Source of the DNA: Acidimicrobiales bacterium
GTDB lineage: Bacteria; Actinomycetota; Acidimicrobiia; Acidimicrobiales; Aldehydirespiratoraceae
Direction of reading: 5' to 3'
Length of the DNA stretch: 64,000 nt
NCBI GenBank assembly: GCA_021604885.1
Contig: BQJV01000001.1
Span: 2,795 to 66,794 of the forward strand
Shown: positions 16,608-25,546 of the stretch, in pieces
Layout: each line of letters starts with the position of its first letter
Position numbering within the stretch: position 1 is the stretch's first letter
Program-made: the position numbers and the translations under genes
The notes under the pieces: generated by a model
What the model was told of the DNA's origin: nothing
Seen by the model: only the letters and a program-made list of their open reading frames with translations
The model's database searches: none

Positions 16608-17752
16608 GGGGCCACATCGCCAAGAAGGGCAACCGCTACTACGCCGTCGTCTACGAGGGGATCGACCCAGCGACCGGCAAGCCTCGGCACCGGTGGCACA
16701 GCGCAGGCGACACCAAGAAGGGCGCCGAGAAGATCCTCGGCGATCTCGTCAAGCGGATGCACGACGGCGACTACCGATCGCCCGACAAGATCTCCCTCGG
16801 CGACTACCTACTCGAACGCTGGCTGCCGTCGAAACGGACCCGAGTGAAGCCGTCGACGGCCGCCGCGTACGAGAGCAACATCCGGCTCCACATCAACCCC
16901 TACATCGGGCTGATCCCGCTCCAGAAGCTCCAGCCCGAGGACCTCGACGAGCTGTACGTGAAGCTGCTCACCGAGGGCAAGCGAAACGGCAGCGGTGGCG
17001 GCCTGTCGGCCAAGTCGGTGCGCAACGTCCACGCCACCATCCAGAGCGCGCTGTCCGACGCCACACGCAAGGGCACGGTGTTCCGCAACGTGGCCGACAT
17101 TGCCGACCCGCCGTCGATCAGTCGTAGCGGCCGATCGATGAACGTGTGGACCAGCGATCAGCTCCGAGCCTTCCTCTTTGAGATCGACGGCCACGACCTG
17201 TACCCGCTGTACTTCCTCGCCGCGACCACCGGGATGCGCCGGGGTGAGCTCGCCGGACTGCGCTGGCGCAACGTCGACCTCGACTCGGCACGGCTCACCG
17301 TGAACCAGCAGGTTGTGTCGGTCGAGTACGAGCTGATCGAGGACGACCTCAAGACCGCGTCGAGCCGTCGCACCATCGACCTCGACGAACAGACCATCGC
17401 CATGCTGCGGCACCATCGTCGCAGTCAGCTCGAAGAGCGAATGGCTACCGGTCAGCGACACGACGACGGCTTCGTGTTCGCCCGACCCAACGGCTCGCCG
17501 GTCCATCCCGACCTCATCAGCCAGACGTTCCAGCGATTCATGGACCGGTCCGAGCTACCGACGATCCGGCTGCACGACCTTCGCCACACCCACGCCACGA
17601 TCCTGCTTCAGCAGAAGGTCCACCCCAAAGTCGTGAGCGAACGCCTCGGCCACAGCAGCATCGCCTTCACCATGACCGTCTACCAGCACGTCATGCCCGG
17701 CATGCAGGCTCAGGCCGCCGCGACGTTCGGCGCTGCCGTGTTTGGCAAGTGA
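16604..17752 (+). CDS. tyrosine-type site-specific integrase (element A)
   Basis: 382 aa. SAM-like N-domain followed by ..ATTGMRRGELAGLRW.., ..IRLHDLRHTHATILL.. and ..LGHSSIAFTMTVYQHV, giving the R..HxxR..H..Y catalytic pattern. Confidence 0.92.
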   Translation: MRGHIAKKGNRYYAVVYEGIDPATGKPRHRWHSAGDTKKGAEKILGDLVKRMHDGDYRSPDKISLGDYLLERWLPSKRTRVKPSTAAAYESNIRLHINPYIGLIPLQKLQPEDLDELYVKLLTEGKRNGSGGGLSAKSVRNVHATIQSALSDATRKGTVFRNVADIADPPSISRSGRSMNVWTSDQLRAFLFEIDGHDLYPLYFLAATTGMRRGELAGLRWRNVDLDSARLTVNQQVVSVEYELIEDDLKTASSRRTIDLDEQTIAMLRHHRRSQLEERMATGQRHDDGFVFARPNGSPVHPDLISQTFQRFMDRSELPTIRLHDLRHTHATILLQQKVHPKVVSERLGHSSIAFTMTVYQHVMPGMQAQAAATFGAAVFGK

Positions 17753-17819
17753 GCGAACAAACGCTCTCGGTCGTTCGTGGACGAGTTGAACCGAACCTCA
17801 CGAGGTCAGCAGGATCCGT

Positions 17820-19361
17820 CTACACGCAGACAGAGCTGAGAACCTGCTGGGCGTACGAGGGGGAGATCGCCTCGAACACGCTCGGGCCGCTGTCCCGCAC
17901 GTCCGCCTGCCCTGACGACAGATTCAGCTCAACAGCCGTGGAGATCGTGGCCGACGCTTCAGCGAACTCGTAGACGACGACGCCATCAACATGATCTTGG
18001 CCTTTCGGCCACCGAATCTGGCCATCCTCTGCCAGCAGATCGATCCATGCAGCCGTGACAGCCGGCGGAAGCAGAATCGGGTCAGCGTTGGGCTCGCGCC
18101 GGATCGACAGCGATGCGTTTCCGTCAACGACCATGACCTGAAAGTCACCCGTAATGGGATGATCCTGGTCGCACTGCCGAGCGCAACTCCCGGCGGAGGC
18201 CCTCGCCAGCAGCGTTGACAGGGTGGCCACTCGGGGTCGCAGAACAACGGAGGGTGCGCCGCAGAAGGGGGACTCGACAAGGTAGGCCGATGGTCCAGTG
18301 GGATCGGCGTATGGCTGGATCCGAGTCCCGTCCGCAAGGATCGACACCACGGAGGTGGCACAGCCACCTTCGATCGCGCCAGCCTGGACGAAGAAGGCGA
18401 AGTTCATGTCAGCGTCAACCGTCCCGTCGGGCAAGGTCCCGGGTTGTACCAGGGCCCCACTCGACAGATGCGCGCCGATCCCAGCACAGCAATCGTCATA
18501 GGTTTCGGCGGTGCACCACGGCTCGGCGTGAACCGCCCTCGTCGGCGGCTCGGAGGACGCCCCATCGACTGTCCCCGGCGGTTCGGGAGTAGCCGCTTCG
18601 CCACCTTGGCCCGCAACCCCAGCGTCACGAGTCTGGAGATCGGCATCCGCGGGAGCGGGGAGGTCGCCCGATTGCTCCGCTTCGATGCCACCGTCATCGG
18701 TGGCGGTTTCGTCGCGATCACCGATCCCACCGCTCGTTGCGAAGACGATCCCCGCCAGCATGACGACGGTTGCCACGGCCACCGATACGCGCCCGGTCCT
18801 TCGGAGCAGTCGGTCGACATGGGTCCGGATGCTTCGGCCTCGAACATGTCGGCGGTCAACCCAAGGGGCAAACCGAAGCCTGCTGAGGGCCTCAGCAACG
18901 CAGGCATGGGCCACGAGAAACAGCATGGCTGAACCGGCGAGGAGAGAGTAGATCCAGGCTGAGTCGTTACCCCGCGCCCAGACCACGGACAGGACGCCCG
19001 CTCCAAATGCTGCGCACAGCTCGAATGTGATCGAGCTTGCAAGCCGAGCGACTCTCACCCCGTGAAGGTAAGGACGTTCGCGGCCTCTTGGCCGGGCACG
19101 CTCGCGGAGCTGGCCACGATGCACGACAGCGGCATCCAGACGGACCACGAATAGCAGGCCGACCAGGAGCGGCACGAACTGCCCTCGACCAATGGAGGCG
19201 AGCCCGAGGCCCAGCGTTGCCTCGATGACGATGAGCACGGCAGCCGCGCGCGCGCCCTCGAACATGGCCGGGGAACGGTTCGAGTCCCGGCCGGCTGCCA
19301 TCAGCCCGGCGCTCTCAATCGGGGAGAGACGGTGGGTGACCCGGGCGAACCCTTGAGCCAT
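17820..19361 (-). CDS. hypothetical membrane-anchored protein with acidic linker and Cys-containing extracytoplasmic domain
   Basis: 513 aa. The N-terminal third has about 4 hydrophobic spans, followed by a D/E/G/P-rich linker and a ~270-aa domain with 8 Cys. I recognise no family. Confidence 0.55.
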   Translation of the reverse strand: MAQGFARVTHRLSPIESAGLMAAGRDSNRSPAMFEGARAAAVLIVIEATLGLGLASIGRGQFVPLLVGLLFVVRLDAAVVHRGQLRERARPRGRERPYLHGVRVARLASSITFELCAAFGAGVLSVVWARGNDSAWIYSLLAGSAMLFLVAHACVAEALSRLRFAPWVDRRHVRGRSIRTHVDRLLRRTGRVSVAVATVVMLAGIVFATSGGIGDRDETATDDGGIEAEQSGDLPAPADADLQTRDAGVAGQGGEAATPEPPGTVDGASSEPPTRAVHAEPWCTAETYDDCCAGIGAHLSSGALVQPGTLPDGTVDADMNFAFFVQAGAIEGGCATSVVSILADGTRIQPYADPTGPSAYLVESPFCGAPSVVLRPRVATLSTLLARASAGSCARQCDQDHPITGDFQVMVVDGNASLSIRREPNADPILLPPAVTAAWIDLLAEDGQIRWPKGQDHVDGVVVYEFAEASATISTAVELNLSSGQADVRDSGPSVFEAISPSYAQQVLSSVCV

Positions 19362-19408
19362 CCACCACGAGGGTCGGATGGTTCCATACAGTTATTCTCG
19401 CGAGGTTT

Positions 19409-20440
19409 GTGTGGCTTCCGCCACTGCGACGCGCCGATGTTGACGCCAGCGACAATCCCCGTTGGTGGCCCTATCATCTACACGTGGACGACAAACCGCC
19501 TCGGCCCACCTATGACCAGCTGGCTGCTCTCGACGCAATCCGCAGGCACAAGAGTCTCGCAGGTGCCGCCGATGAGCTGTCAATCGAGCGAAGCAGCCTC
19601 TCCCACCTCCTGGAAAGGCTGCAAAAGAGGACGCGGCAGGGACGCCTCCATGAGATCCACCAGGGCCGCGTCGTTCTCACGCCTGCCGGAGAACGGATAG
19701 CTCGCTCAGCCGCATCGGTGCTCGCGGGCTACCGCGACATCAGCCAGATCTCCGTCGGAGACGGCGGGATACGGATCACGCTCTGGATGTTCCCTGCACA
19801 CCTGATTCTGTTCGAGGCGACCTTGTTCGGCTTCGAGCGAGCCGGGGCGGTCGACCTTGAGTTCGGAGCGATCACCGACAGCGGGAGGGAGGGGCATTCG
19901 TTTGCCGCTCAGCTCGAACGGCTCGGATCGGGACTAGATGCCGTGATCGGACCCGGAGGGCACGAGGTGGGCCCACGCATCAAGGAGAAGCGTCTCTACG
20001 CATGGAAGTTGCGACTGATCGTTGAGGAGAGCAGCCCGTTCTACGCACAGCCTTCAGTCACGATTCGCGAGCTGGCGAAGAACCAGATCCCGCTGCTCGT
20101 AAGCCCTACCGGCCACAGCTCACGCCGCCTGATCGACGACGGTGCAGCTGACGCGCAACTCTCGTTGAACATCCGAGTTGAAGGCACCGACGTGGTCGCA
20201 CTTCAGATCCTCGGACGTCAAGGACGCGGAACTCCCATTTTGCCTGATGATTCCTTCGGCGTTGCACCTGACGCCGGATGGCCAGAAGTGAAGGGATCGC
20301 GGGGCCGGGCGCTTGGGGGTCACCACTCGATCTACTGGTCTGACGACCAGACACCCGAGAACGACGCTCGTACCCAGGCGATCAACCAGCTAGCGGTTCG
20401 CCTACGTCGAGCCGCCGAGAGATCGGGGTTCCCGAAGTAG
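19409..20440 (+). CDS. LysR-like transcriptional regulator (atypical)
   Basis: ..YDQLAALDAIRRHKSLAGAADELSIERSSLSHLLERLQKRT..VVLTPAGERI.. resembles a LysR HTH, followed by a substrate-binding-like body. A GTG at 19484 is a plausible alternative start. Confidence 0.55.
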   Translation: MWLPPLRRADVDASDNPRWWPYHLHVDDKPPRPTYDQLAALDAIRRHKSLAGAADELSIERSSLSHLLERLQKRTRQGRLHEIHQGRVVLTPAGERIARSAASVLAGYRDISQISVGDGGIRITLWMFPAHLILFEATLFGFERAGAVDLEFGAITDSGREGHSFAAQLERLGSGLDAVIGPGGHEVGPRIKEKRLYAWKLRLIVEESSPFYAQPSVTIRELAKNQIPLLVSPTGHSSRRLIDDGAADAQLSLNIRVEGTDVVALQILGRQGRGTPILPDDSFGVAPDAGWPEVKGSRGRALGGHHSIYWSDDQTPENDARTQAINQLAVRLRRAAERSGFPK

Positions 20441-20520
20441 CCACCGCCGTGTCGCTGGTGGACGTGCGGCAGCCTGGCGGCCCGGGTCGCTGCAGGCGCA
20501 TCCGAATGGGCCGTCGGCTT

Positions 20521-20781
20521 TCAGGAAGCGAACGGCCCATTCGGATGCTGGTCGAGCTGTTCGCGGATGTATGCGCCCTTCGATGTCACCGGATATGCGA
20601 ACTCCTCCCACACGTTCGCTGGGCAGCTGTCGTAACGCCACTCAGCTCCGTCAGGGAACCGCACCAAGATCGAGTCCTCCTCGGGCAGGTAAGCGATCGC
20701 GTCCGTGCGCGACGACTCCGGTGTCGGTATCCACTCGATCAAGGCTTTCTCCCTTCGCCCGGCGCAGTACCACGGCGCCAT
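20521..20781 (-). CDS. KTSC-domain protein
   Basis: ..IEWIPTPESSRTDAIAYLPEEDSILVRFPDGAEWRYDSCPANVWEEFAYPVTSKGAYIREQL matches the KTSC fold pattern (I.Y......L.V.F..G..Y.Y..VP..V...F....SKG.Y). The likely true start is the TTG at 20742, which forms a TTGA overlap with the HerA stop and is preceded by GGGAGAAAG. Confidence 0.7.
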   Translation of the reverse strand: MAPWYCAGRREKALIEWIPTPESSRTDAIAYLPEEDSILVRFPDGAEWRYDSCPANVWEEFAYPVTSKGAYIREQLDQHPNGPFAS

Positions 20782-22484
20782 CCATCAATTGAATCTGCGA
20801 GTTCGACACTCCCTGACGGCACCGACCGCCAGGAGTCGAGGTTTGGGTCACCAGCCTGCGGCTGAGGATTCGGGCGGTGAATCTGAACTCTCGTTGGCAG
20901 GATAACTGCCTCTCCCGATACGAGCGCTTCGCCAGTCCTGAGAGATGGGAGCACGCCAGCGAGCCCTGCGACTGCGTCTGGCAATGCTGCTCGGACTGCG
21001 GATTGGTCGGCGCCGTTCGTAAGCCGGAGCGCGATGATCGTTCCGCACTGCGCAAGGGATGTCTCGGGCAACTCAGAGGGGCGCTGGCTGACCATCATCA
21101 ACCCGATGCCGTACTTGCGCCCCTCGCGCGCGATGCGATCCGCAGCCGCTTGGGCTAGTCCACCTCTGAGGTAGCGGTGCGCCTCCTCAAGCACGAAAAG
21201 GACCGGCCGTGGGCGCCCGATGCCGCTTCCTGTACTACGTACCCCGAGTTCGAATAGCAGATCGAGGACGAGCCCGATCGCTACGTCGGCGACCTCAAAC
21301 GGCACGCCACTGAAGTCGAGCACTGACACCGGGCGGTGCGCGCCAAGCCACCGCGCTGCCAAGCCGGGCAGAGAATCCGGCTCAGTAGGGTCAGGAATTG
21401 CGAGGAAGAAGTCGAAGCGAGAGTCGGTCAGGCGAAGCCGGAGTCTGTCCGGTGCCGGGTTGTAGTGGCCGAATGTCGCCCCCTTGAACGGGGCTGCGTT
21501 GCCGAGCGCGTGGGGTTCGAAGGTCGCAGCGACGAGCGCCGCCGCGTCTCCGCTGTCCACTAGAGCCAGATCACCCGTTGCCCTATCCCGAATGGTCGCA
21601 CGATTGTCGTAGTCAAGCCGGTACCAGACTGCTCGAAGATCGTAGGGAATCGGCGTGTCGGCCGTGATGGACTCGGCCTCCATGTCAAGCCACTCGGCAG
21701 CGATCGCGAACTCACGCCGTGCTTCGACGACGAGCTCGGCGAACCGGTCGGCGACCGTCCGGCTCTCGACACCGCAGAGCACTGAGAGAAGGCGCGACGC
21801 CGGGAGGGCCCAGTAGGGGATCTGAAGCTGGGTCGCCAGATCGGAGCCAACTGACAGGACCGAACCCGCATCACCTACTGCCGAGGCGTACTCACCATGC
21901 GGATCGACAACGACGATGTTGGCCGACGGCCAGTCAGCCTCGAACCTCTGAAGGAGCGTGGCCACGGCGCTGGTCTTCCCGGATCCTGTCGAGCCGACAA
22001 CGGCGCTGTGGCGCGTAACCAACCTTGAGGCATCCAATGTCAACGGTACATCGGGCGCCGCAGCGAGGACCCCCACTGAGACGCGTTCCGCGCCAGCCGG
22101 GGGGTAAACGGAGGCGAGGTCGTCACTCGTGGAGAAGTGCACCTCGTCATCTAGACCTGGATAGATACTCACTCCACGGTGGAAGCTGCCAAGCCCGTCC
22201 ACCTCCCCAAGCAGCTGGACCTGGAGCCACCGCTTCCCCTGCTCAATGCTGTGAGCTGGCGCAAGCGGTGGAGAAAGCTCTGAGATGCCTACGAGGACAA
22301 CTGACCCGAGGAGGGTGATCGAGCCCTGGGGAATCCGAACGATAGAACCAACCTGACCGACTGGGACTACACGCCCGCGCCACAACGGAGCGGTTCCCGC
22401 TAGTTCAGGTGAGAGCTCGACGGTCACTGTGGAACCAAGAACCTGCCGAACGCGCCCGATGCGCGTCCCGTCAGTCGACTTCAT
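20739..22484 (-). CDS. HerA-like (DUF87) ATPase, partner of SIR2
   Basis: From the internal ATG at 22484: MKSTDGTRIGRVRQVLGSTVTVEL.. Walker A is VVGSTGSGKTS and Walker B-like is VLFVLEEAHRYL. Its start overlaps the SIR2 3' end by 14 nt. Confidence 0.85.
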   Translation of the reverse strand: MKSTDGTRIGRVRQVLGSTVTVELSPELAGTAPLWRGRVVPVGQVGSIVRIPQGSITLLGSVVLVGISELSPPLAPAHSIEQGKRWLQVQLLGEVDGLGSFHRGVSIYPGLDDEVHFSTSDDLASVYPPAGAERVSVGVLAAAPDVPLTLDASRLVTRHSAVVGSTGSGKTSAVATLLQRFEADWPSANIVVVDPHGEYASAVGDAGSVLSVGSDLATQLQIPYWALPASRLLSVLCGVESRTVADRFAELVVEARREFAIAAEWLDMEAESITADTPIPYDLRAVWYRLDYDNRATIRDRATGDLALVDSGDAAALVAATFEPHALGNAAPFKGATFGHYNPAPDRLRLRLTDSRFDFFLAIPDPTEPDSLPGLAARWLGAHRPVSVLDFSGVPFEVADVAIGLVLDLLFELGVRSTGSGIGRPRPVLFVLEEAHRYLRGGLAQAAADRIAREGRKYGIGLMMVSQRPSELPETSLAQCGTIIALRLTNGADQSAVRAALPDAVAGLAGVLPSLRTGEALVSGEAVILPTRVQIHRPNPQPQAGDPNLDSWRSVPSGSVELADSIDGWRRGTAPGEGRKP

Positions 22485-23607
22485 CGGACGACCCAACCTG
22501 TCGGGCCAAGAACGACGTGAGGTGCCCGAAGTCGCCCAGGAGGAACTCCCCAGCTTCGTAGATACCCGGAATCTCTGCGTCGAAGCTCCACGGTGCGCGA
22601 CGCCCGTTGACAATTGCTTCGGTCCGCCCGAGCGCAACCAAGTTGCGCGTTCTGCTTGCCCGATGCGCAACGCTGTCTGGGATCTCGTCAAAGCAGAGAG
22701 CTAGCACTTCGGATCTCGGGTGACGGTCCGCCGCATCGAAGAGCATCTCGTTCAGGTGATCGTCACCAAACGAGAAACCCGACGTGATCGTGATGGTCTC
22801 TGGTTCCACGAGTGCTCGCCTGAAGCGGTCCATCAGGACCACGAATGGCACACGCCTAGACTCCTCGTACTTCTCGTCGGATGGGTAGATTGCCACGGAG
22901 CCTTCGTCGTCGCCCCGACCAACGCGCACGATCGTCGAGGACGAATCGCCGAGCACGCGCCAGTTCGTCGAACCATGCAGCTTCCAGACCCGTGCGAATC
23001 CCGCGGGCAACGCCCAGCGCTCCGGAGCGTCGCGTGGTTCGACAAGCTCGGCCATGAGGGGTGCTCTATGGGTTCCGATGAAGCCGTCAAAGTATGGGAC
23101 GCCGACGGCCTCAAGCCCCTTCTCGATGAGTAGGTCGTAGTTGACCGTGAACAGCTCGAGCGGGCGCTGATAGTCCATCCGACCAGCCCAGGATGCGAGG
23201 CGTTCGAAGGGACCAAGGTCGGCGTCAGCGGTCTCGATCACTCCCATGATCGCCTCGCAAATACCGCTGTCCAGCTCGGCAGCCGATTCCCCCGTGAGAC
23301 CTCCGACATTCTCGCCAGGCTCAAGAAGACCGGACACCCGCCGGATCCGGCTCAGAGCAGCCTCAAGGTTCCGTCCATCAAGCTGGCCAACGAGCGAGTC
23401 CCGGAGGCTCAAGTCGATTCTCTCGAGGACCTGTTCTTCCAGCCGGGCGAGTGTCGGTAAGCCCGCGGCGCAGCTCGCACCCGCCCCGATGAGCATGCAG
23501 ACGTGGCGGGCCCTCGAAGCGAGCTTGGTAGCGAGCTCCTCGGCCAGCACACGAGGGTCGTGACCCCCCGTAGGCCGGCTTGCCGCTTCGTCACCGTCGC
23601 TTCCCAT
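22471..23607 (-). CDS. SIR2-family (SIR2_2-like) protein
   Basis: ..CMLIGAGASCAAGLPT.., ..LFTVNYDLLIEKG.., ..VWKLHGSTNW.. and ..ITSGFSFGDDHLN... The start is taken at MGSDGDEAASR; the ORF is open to 23691. Confidence 0.8.
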   Translation of the reverse strand: MGSDGDEAASRPTGGHDPRVLAEELATKLASRARHVCMLIGAGASCAAGLPTLARLEEQVLERIDLSLRDSLVGQLDGRNLEAALSRIRRVSGLLEPGENVGGLTGESAAELDSGICEAIMGVIETADADLGPFERLASWAGRMDYQRPLELFTVNYDLLIEKGLEAVGVPYFDGFIGTHRAPLMAELVEPRDAPERWALPAGFARVWKLHGSTNWRVLGDSSSTIVRVGRGDDEGSVAIYPSDEKYEESRRVPFVVLMDRFRRALVEPETITITSGFSFGDDHLNEMLFDAADRHPRSEVLALCFDEIPDSVAHRASRTRNLVALGRTEAIVNGRRAPWSFDAEIPGIYEAGEFLLGDFGHLTSFLARQVGSSDEVD

Positions 23608-23684
23608 GCAACCGACTCTAGGAAGCGAGGGTGACAGGTTGGGGCTTTTACCCACGTTTCGAGCGAGAAGTACCACCCTGTGCC

Positions 23685-23713
23685 GGACCATCCGTTAGAA
23701 GATCCGTTAGAAG
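23685..23713. repeat. candidate integrase arm-type site, right end of element A
   Basis: GGACCATCCGTTAGAAGATCCGTTAGAAG. It matches 1957-1985 with one mismatch and lies 57 bp left of att copy 2. Confidence 0.55.
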
Positions 23714-23769
23714 AATGGCCTGTGAACGACAAAGCCCTGATCGCAGCAACGCTGTGACCAGGGCTTTTG

Positions 23770-23814
23770 TGGTGGCGGGGGCAGGATTTGAACCTGCGAC
23801 CTTCGGGTTATGAG
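23770..23814 (-). repeat. att core copy 2: 3' half of tRNA-Met(CAT)
   Basis: Identical 45-mer TGGTGGCGGGGGCAGGATTTGAACCTGCGACCTTCGGGTTATGAG. The right flank (CACGCTGGG..) does not form a tRNA 5' half. Confidence 0.85.
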
Positions 23815-23977
23815 CACGCTGGGACTACTTCGGGCAACTACCGCCTGACCAGCCGACTCGGGCGTTTGCCCAGCTCAGGAGCGGTCTCGAGCCCCGGCGG
23901 TCGTGCCCGGTGTTCCCCGCTGTTCCCCGCTGTTTCCCACTGGTTCGTGAGTTTTCTGTGAGCTTTTCGACGCCGTC

Positions 23978-24298
23978 TCAGGAGACCTGGACGGCATCGG
24001 TGAGCGTGTCGGGGACCTCGGCCGGAAACGAGAGCACCAGGTGCCGATCAAGCGCCTTGGCCACGCGGGCGAGGGTATCGACCCGGTTGCGTGCCCCGCC
24101 GCCTTCCTCGAGTCGGGAGATCACCGACTGGGTCGTCCCCATCCGCTCGGCGAGCTCCCGCTGGGAAAGGCCGGCTTCGGTGCGCAGGTCGTAGATCAGC
24201 TGACCAAGGTCGAGGTCCTGCTCGGCCCCAGCGCGTGTCTCGGCCGACGGGGTGCCCTTGCGGTTCTTGATGTCTTCCCATCGGGAGTAGTTGGCCAT
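23978..24298 (-). CDS. XRE-family HTH antitoxin
   Basis: ..LGQLIYDLRTEAGLSQRELAERMGTTQSVISRLEEGG... It lies directly downstream of a RelE/Gp49-like gene. Confidence 0.85.
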   Translation of the reverse strand: MANYSRWEDIKNRKGTPSAETRAGAEQDLDLGQLIYDLRTEAGLSQRELAERMGTTQSVISRLEEGGGARNRVDTLARVAKALDRHLVLSFPAEVPDTLTDAVQVS

Positions 24299-24313
24299 CG
24301 TCGTTCTCCTCTT

Positions 24314-24673
24314 CTAGTAGGGGAAGCGCTTCGCGCATTCCTCGGCGACCGTGCGGGCTCGAGCTACCCCGGTCGGTTCGTTGTTGCGTTGCTTGCGAAA
24401 CGCGGCCAGCAAGATGATCCGGCCGTCCTTGGTGAACCGGTAGGTGATTCGCCGTGCTGCCGAACCGAGGGTGAACCGCAGCTCGAACGGTCCGTCACCG
24501 AGACTCCTCGACAACGGCATCCGAGCCCGCGATCCCAACTCAGCGAGTCGATCGATGATCACCGACACGCGTTGCCAATCAGCTTCGGTGAGCGAGTCGA
24601 GCCACGCGACAATCTCGTCGTGTGCCTCGACCCCGGCCACCGCCATCATCGCATCAAAGCGATGATAACGCAA
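24314..24673 (-). CDS. RelE/Gp49-like type II toxin
   Basis: ..SRSLGDGPFELRFTLGSAARRITYRFTKDGRIILLAAFRKQRNNE.. is the typical toxin core. Confidence 0.75.
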   Translation of the reverse strand: MRYHRFDAMMAVAGVEAHDEIVAWLDSLTEADWQRVSVIIDRLAELGSRARMPLSRSLGDGPFELRFTLGSAARRITYRFTKDGRIILLAAFRKQRNNEPTGVARARTVAEECAKRFPY

Positions 24674-24679
24674 GAGCGG

Positions 24680-25445
24680 TCATACGTTGAGTCCGAGGCT
24701 GGCGCGGTGGTCGACGAGTAGGCTCTGGTGGAAACCCGGCTGGTCAGCCGCATCGAAGACCGCTCCCGCCGTCTCCCGGTCACCTGATCCGATTGCGTGT
24801 TCGGCCATGACGACGATCGGCTGCCACGATCGCGAACCGAGCCCTCTCGCTGCATAGACGAAGCCGTCGGAGTGTCCGGTTGCGAGCTAGAGGTGCGCCA
24901 CGGCTTCGAAGGCACGGTCAGCCTCCCAGTCGAGGATCGCCGCGCGCAGCTCGCCTTCGAGCTCCTGGAGAATCTGAGCGATGAGTCCGATCTCGTCACC
25001 GTGGACCTGGGTGAACCAGTCGTCTCGGCCTTGTAGTCGAGGGCGTAGGGTCCCAGATCAGCAGGGCGCAGATGTCGCGCCAGTATGCGGCCGGCTCGAC
25101 GCCGGCACCGCGCCAGTCGAGCGCGAGGTACGTTTCCCATGCGGTGGTCCGGGCCTCGCCGACGTTTCCGTGGCTGTCGTCAGTGCGGTCGGCGAGCACG
25201 AGCACGGCGGTGTGAAACGCACGGTAGAGGCTGACCCGGTCGACGAGCTTGCGGCGCGGACCGTCGAGATCAGCGAGCCGCGTCACGAGCCGGTCGACAA
25301 CGTCGAAGCTCTTGTACTTGTTCACATGGCTCTTGCCATCGGCGATCGGTCGCAGACGCTCGTAGAAGCGGGCCGGATCCGACGGGAAGACGTCCCAACC
25401 GAACTGGGCCAGCGTTTCGAACCGTATGCGGGGCGTGTTGAGCAT
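24680..25445 (-). pseudogene. decayed gene of unknown family (gene X), with frameshifts and an in-frame TAG
   Basis: ORF 24996..25445 (MLNTPRIRFETLAQFGWDVFPSDPARFYERLRPIADGKSHVNKY..) breaks off. Protein-like sequence continues in other frames (..DDWFTQVHGDEIGLIAQILQELEGELRAAILDWEADRAFEAVAHL-TAG-..GHSDGFVYAA.. then ..SWQPIVVMAEHAIGSGDRETAGAVFDAADQPGF..) down to a TGA at 24680. Confidence 0.5.
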
Positions 25446-25463
25446 CGGGACGGTCTTGGCGCG
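25313..25463. repeat. left copy of ~151-bp imperfect direct repeat bracketing the P450/MMPL cassette
   Basis: Aligns without gaps to 34465-34616, with 129/151 identical by my manual count. It covers the first ~44 codons of gene X plus ~20 bp upstream. Confidence 0.8.
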
Positions 25464-25546
25464 GTTGCTCAGGATCCGAGAAGCAGCGCTTGCTCGCGAG
25501 GACTCGGAACTGTAACTTGTAATATGTTTCCAATACCGAGTTCTCG

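Larger units (their letters stand above)
1802..23814. mobile_element. integrative mobilizable element A (att to att): TA, defence cargo, MobF relaxase, Xis-like protein, XRE regulator, tyrosine integrase
   Basis: Bounded by identical 45-bp tRNA-half repeats. It carries an integrase (16604..17752), an excisionase-like HTH and a relaxase. The same 29-bp tandem motif sits just inside both ends (1957-1985 and 23685-23713). Confidence 0.7.

Noticed and set aside
23905-23940. Tandem TGTTCCCCGC units as a CRISPR-like or minisatellite array
   Set aside because: There are only about 2.5 units of 10 bp and no spacers. They are better explained as protein-binding repeats in the element end, and the partner copy at 37795-37830 is degenerate.
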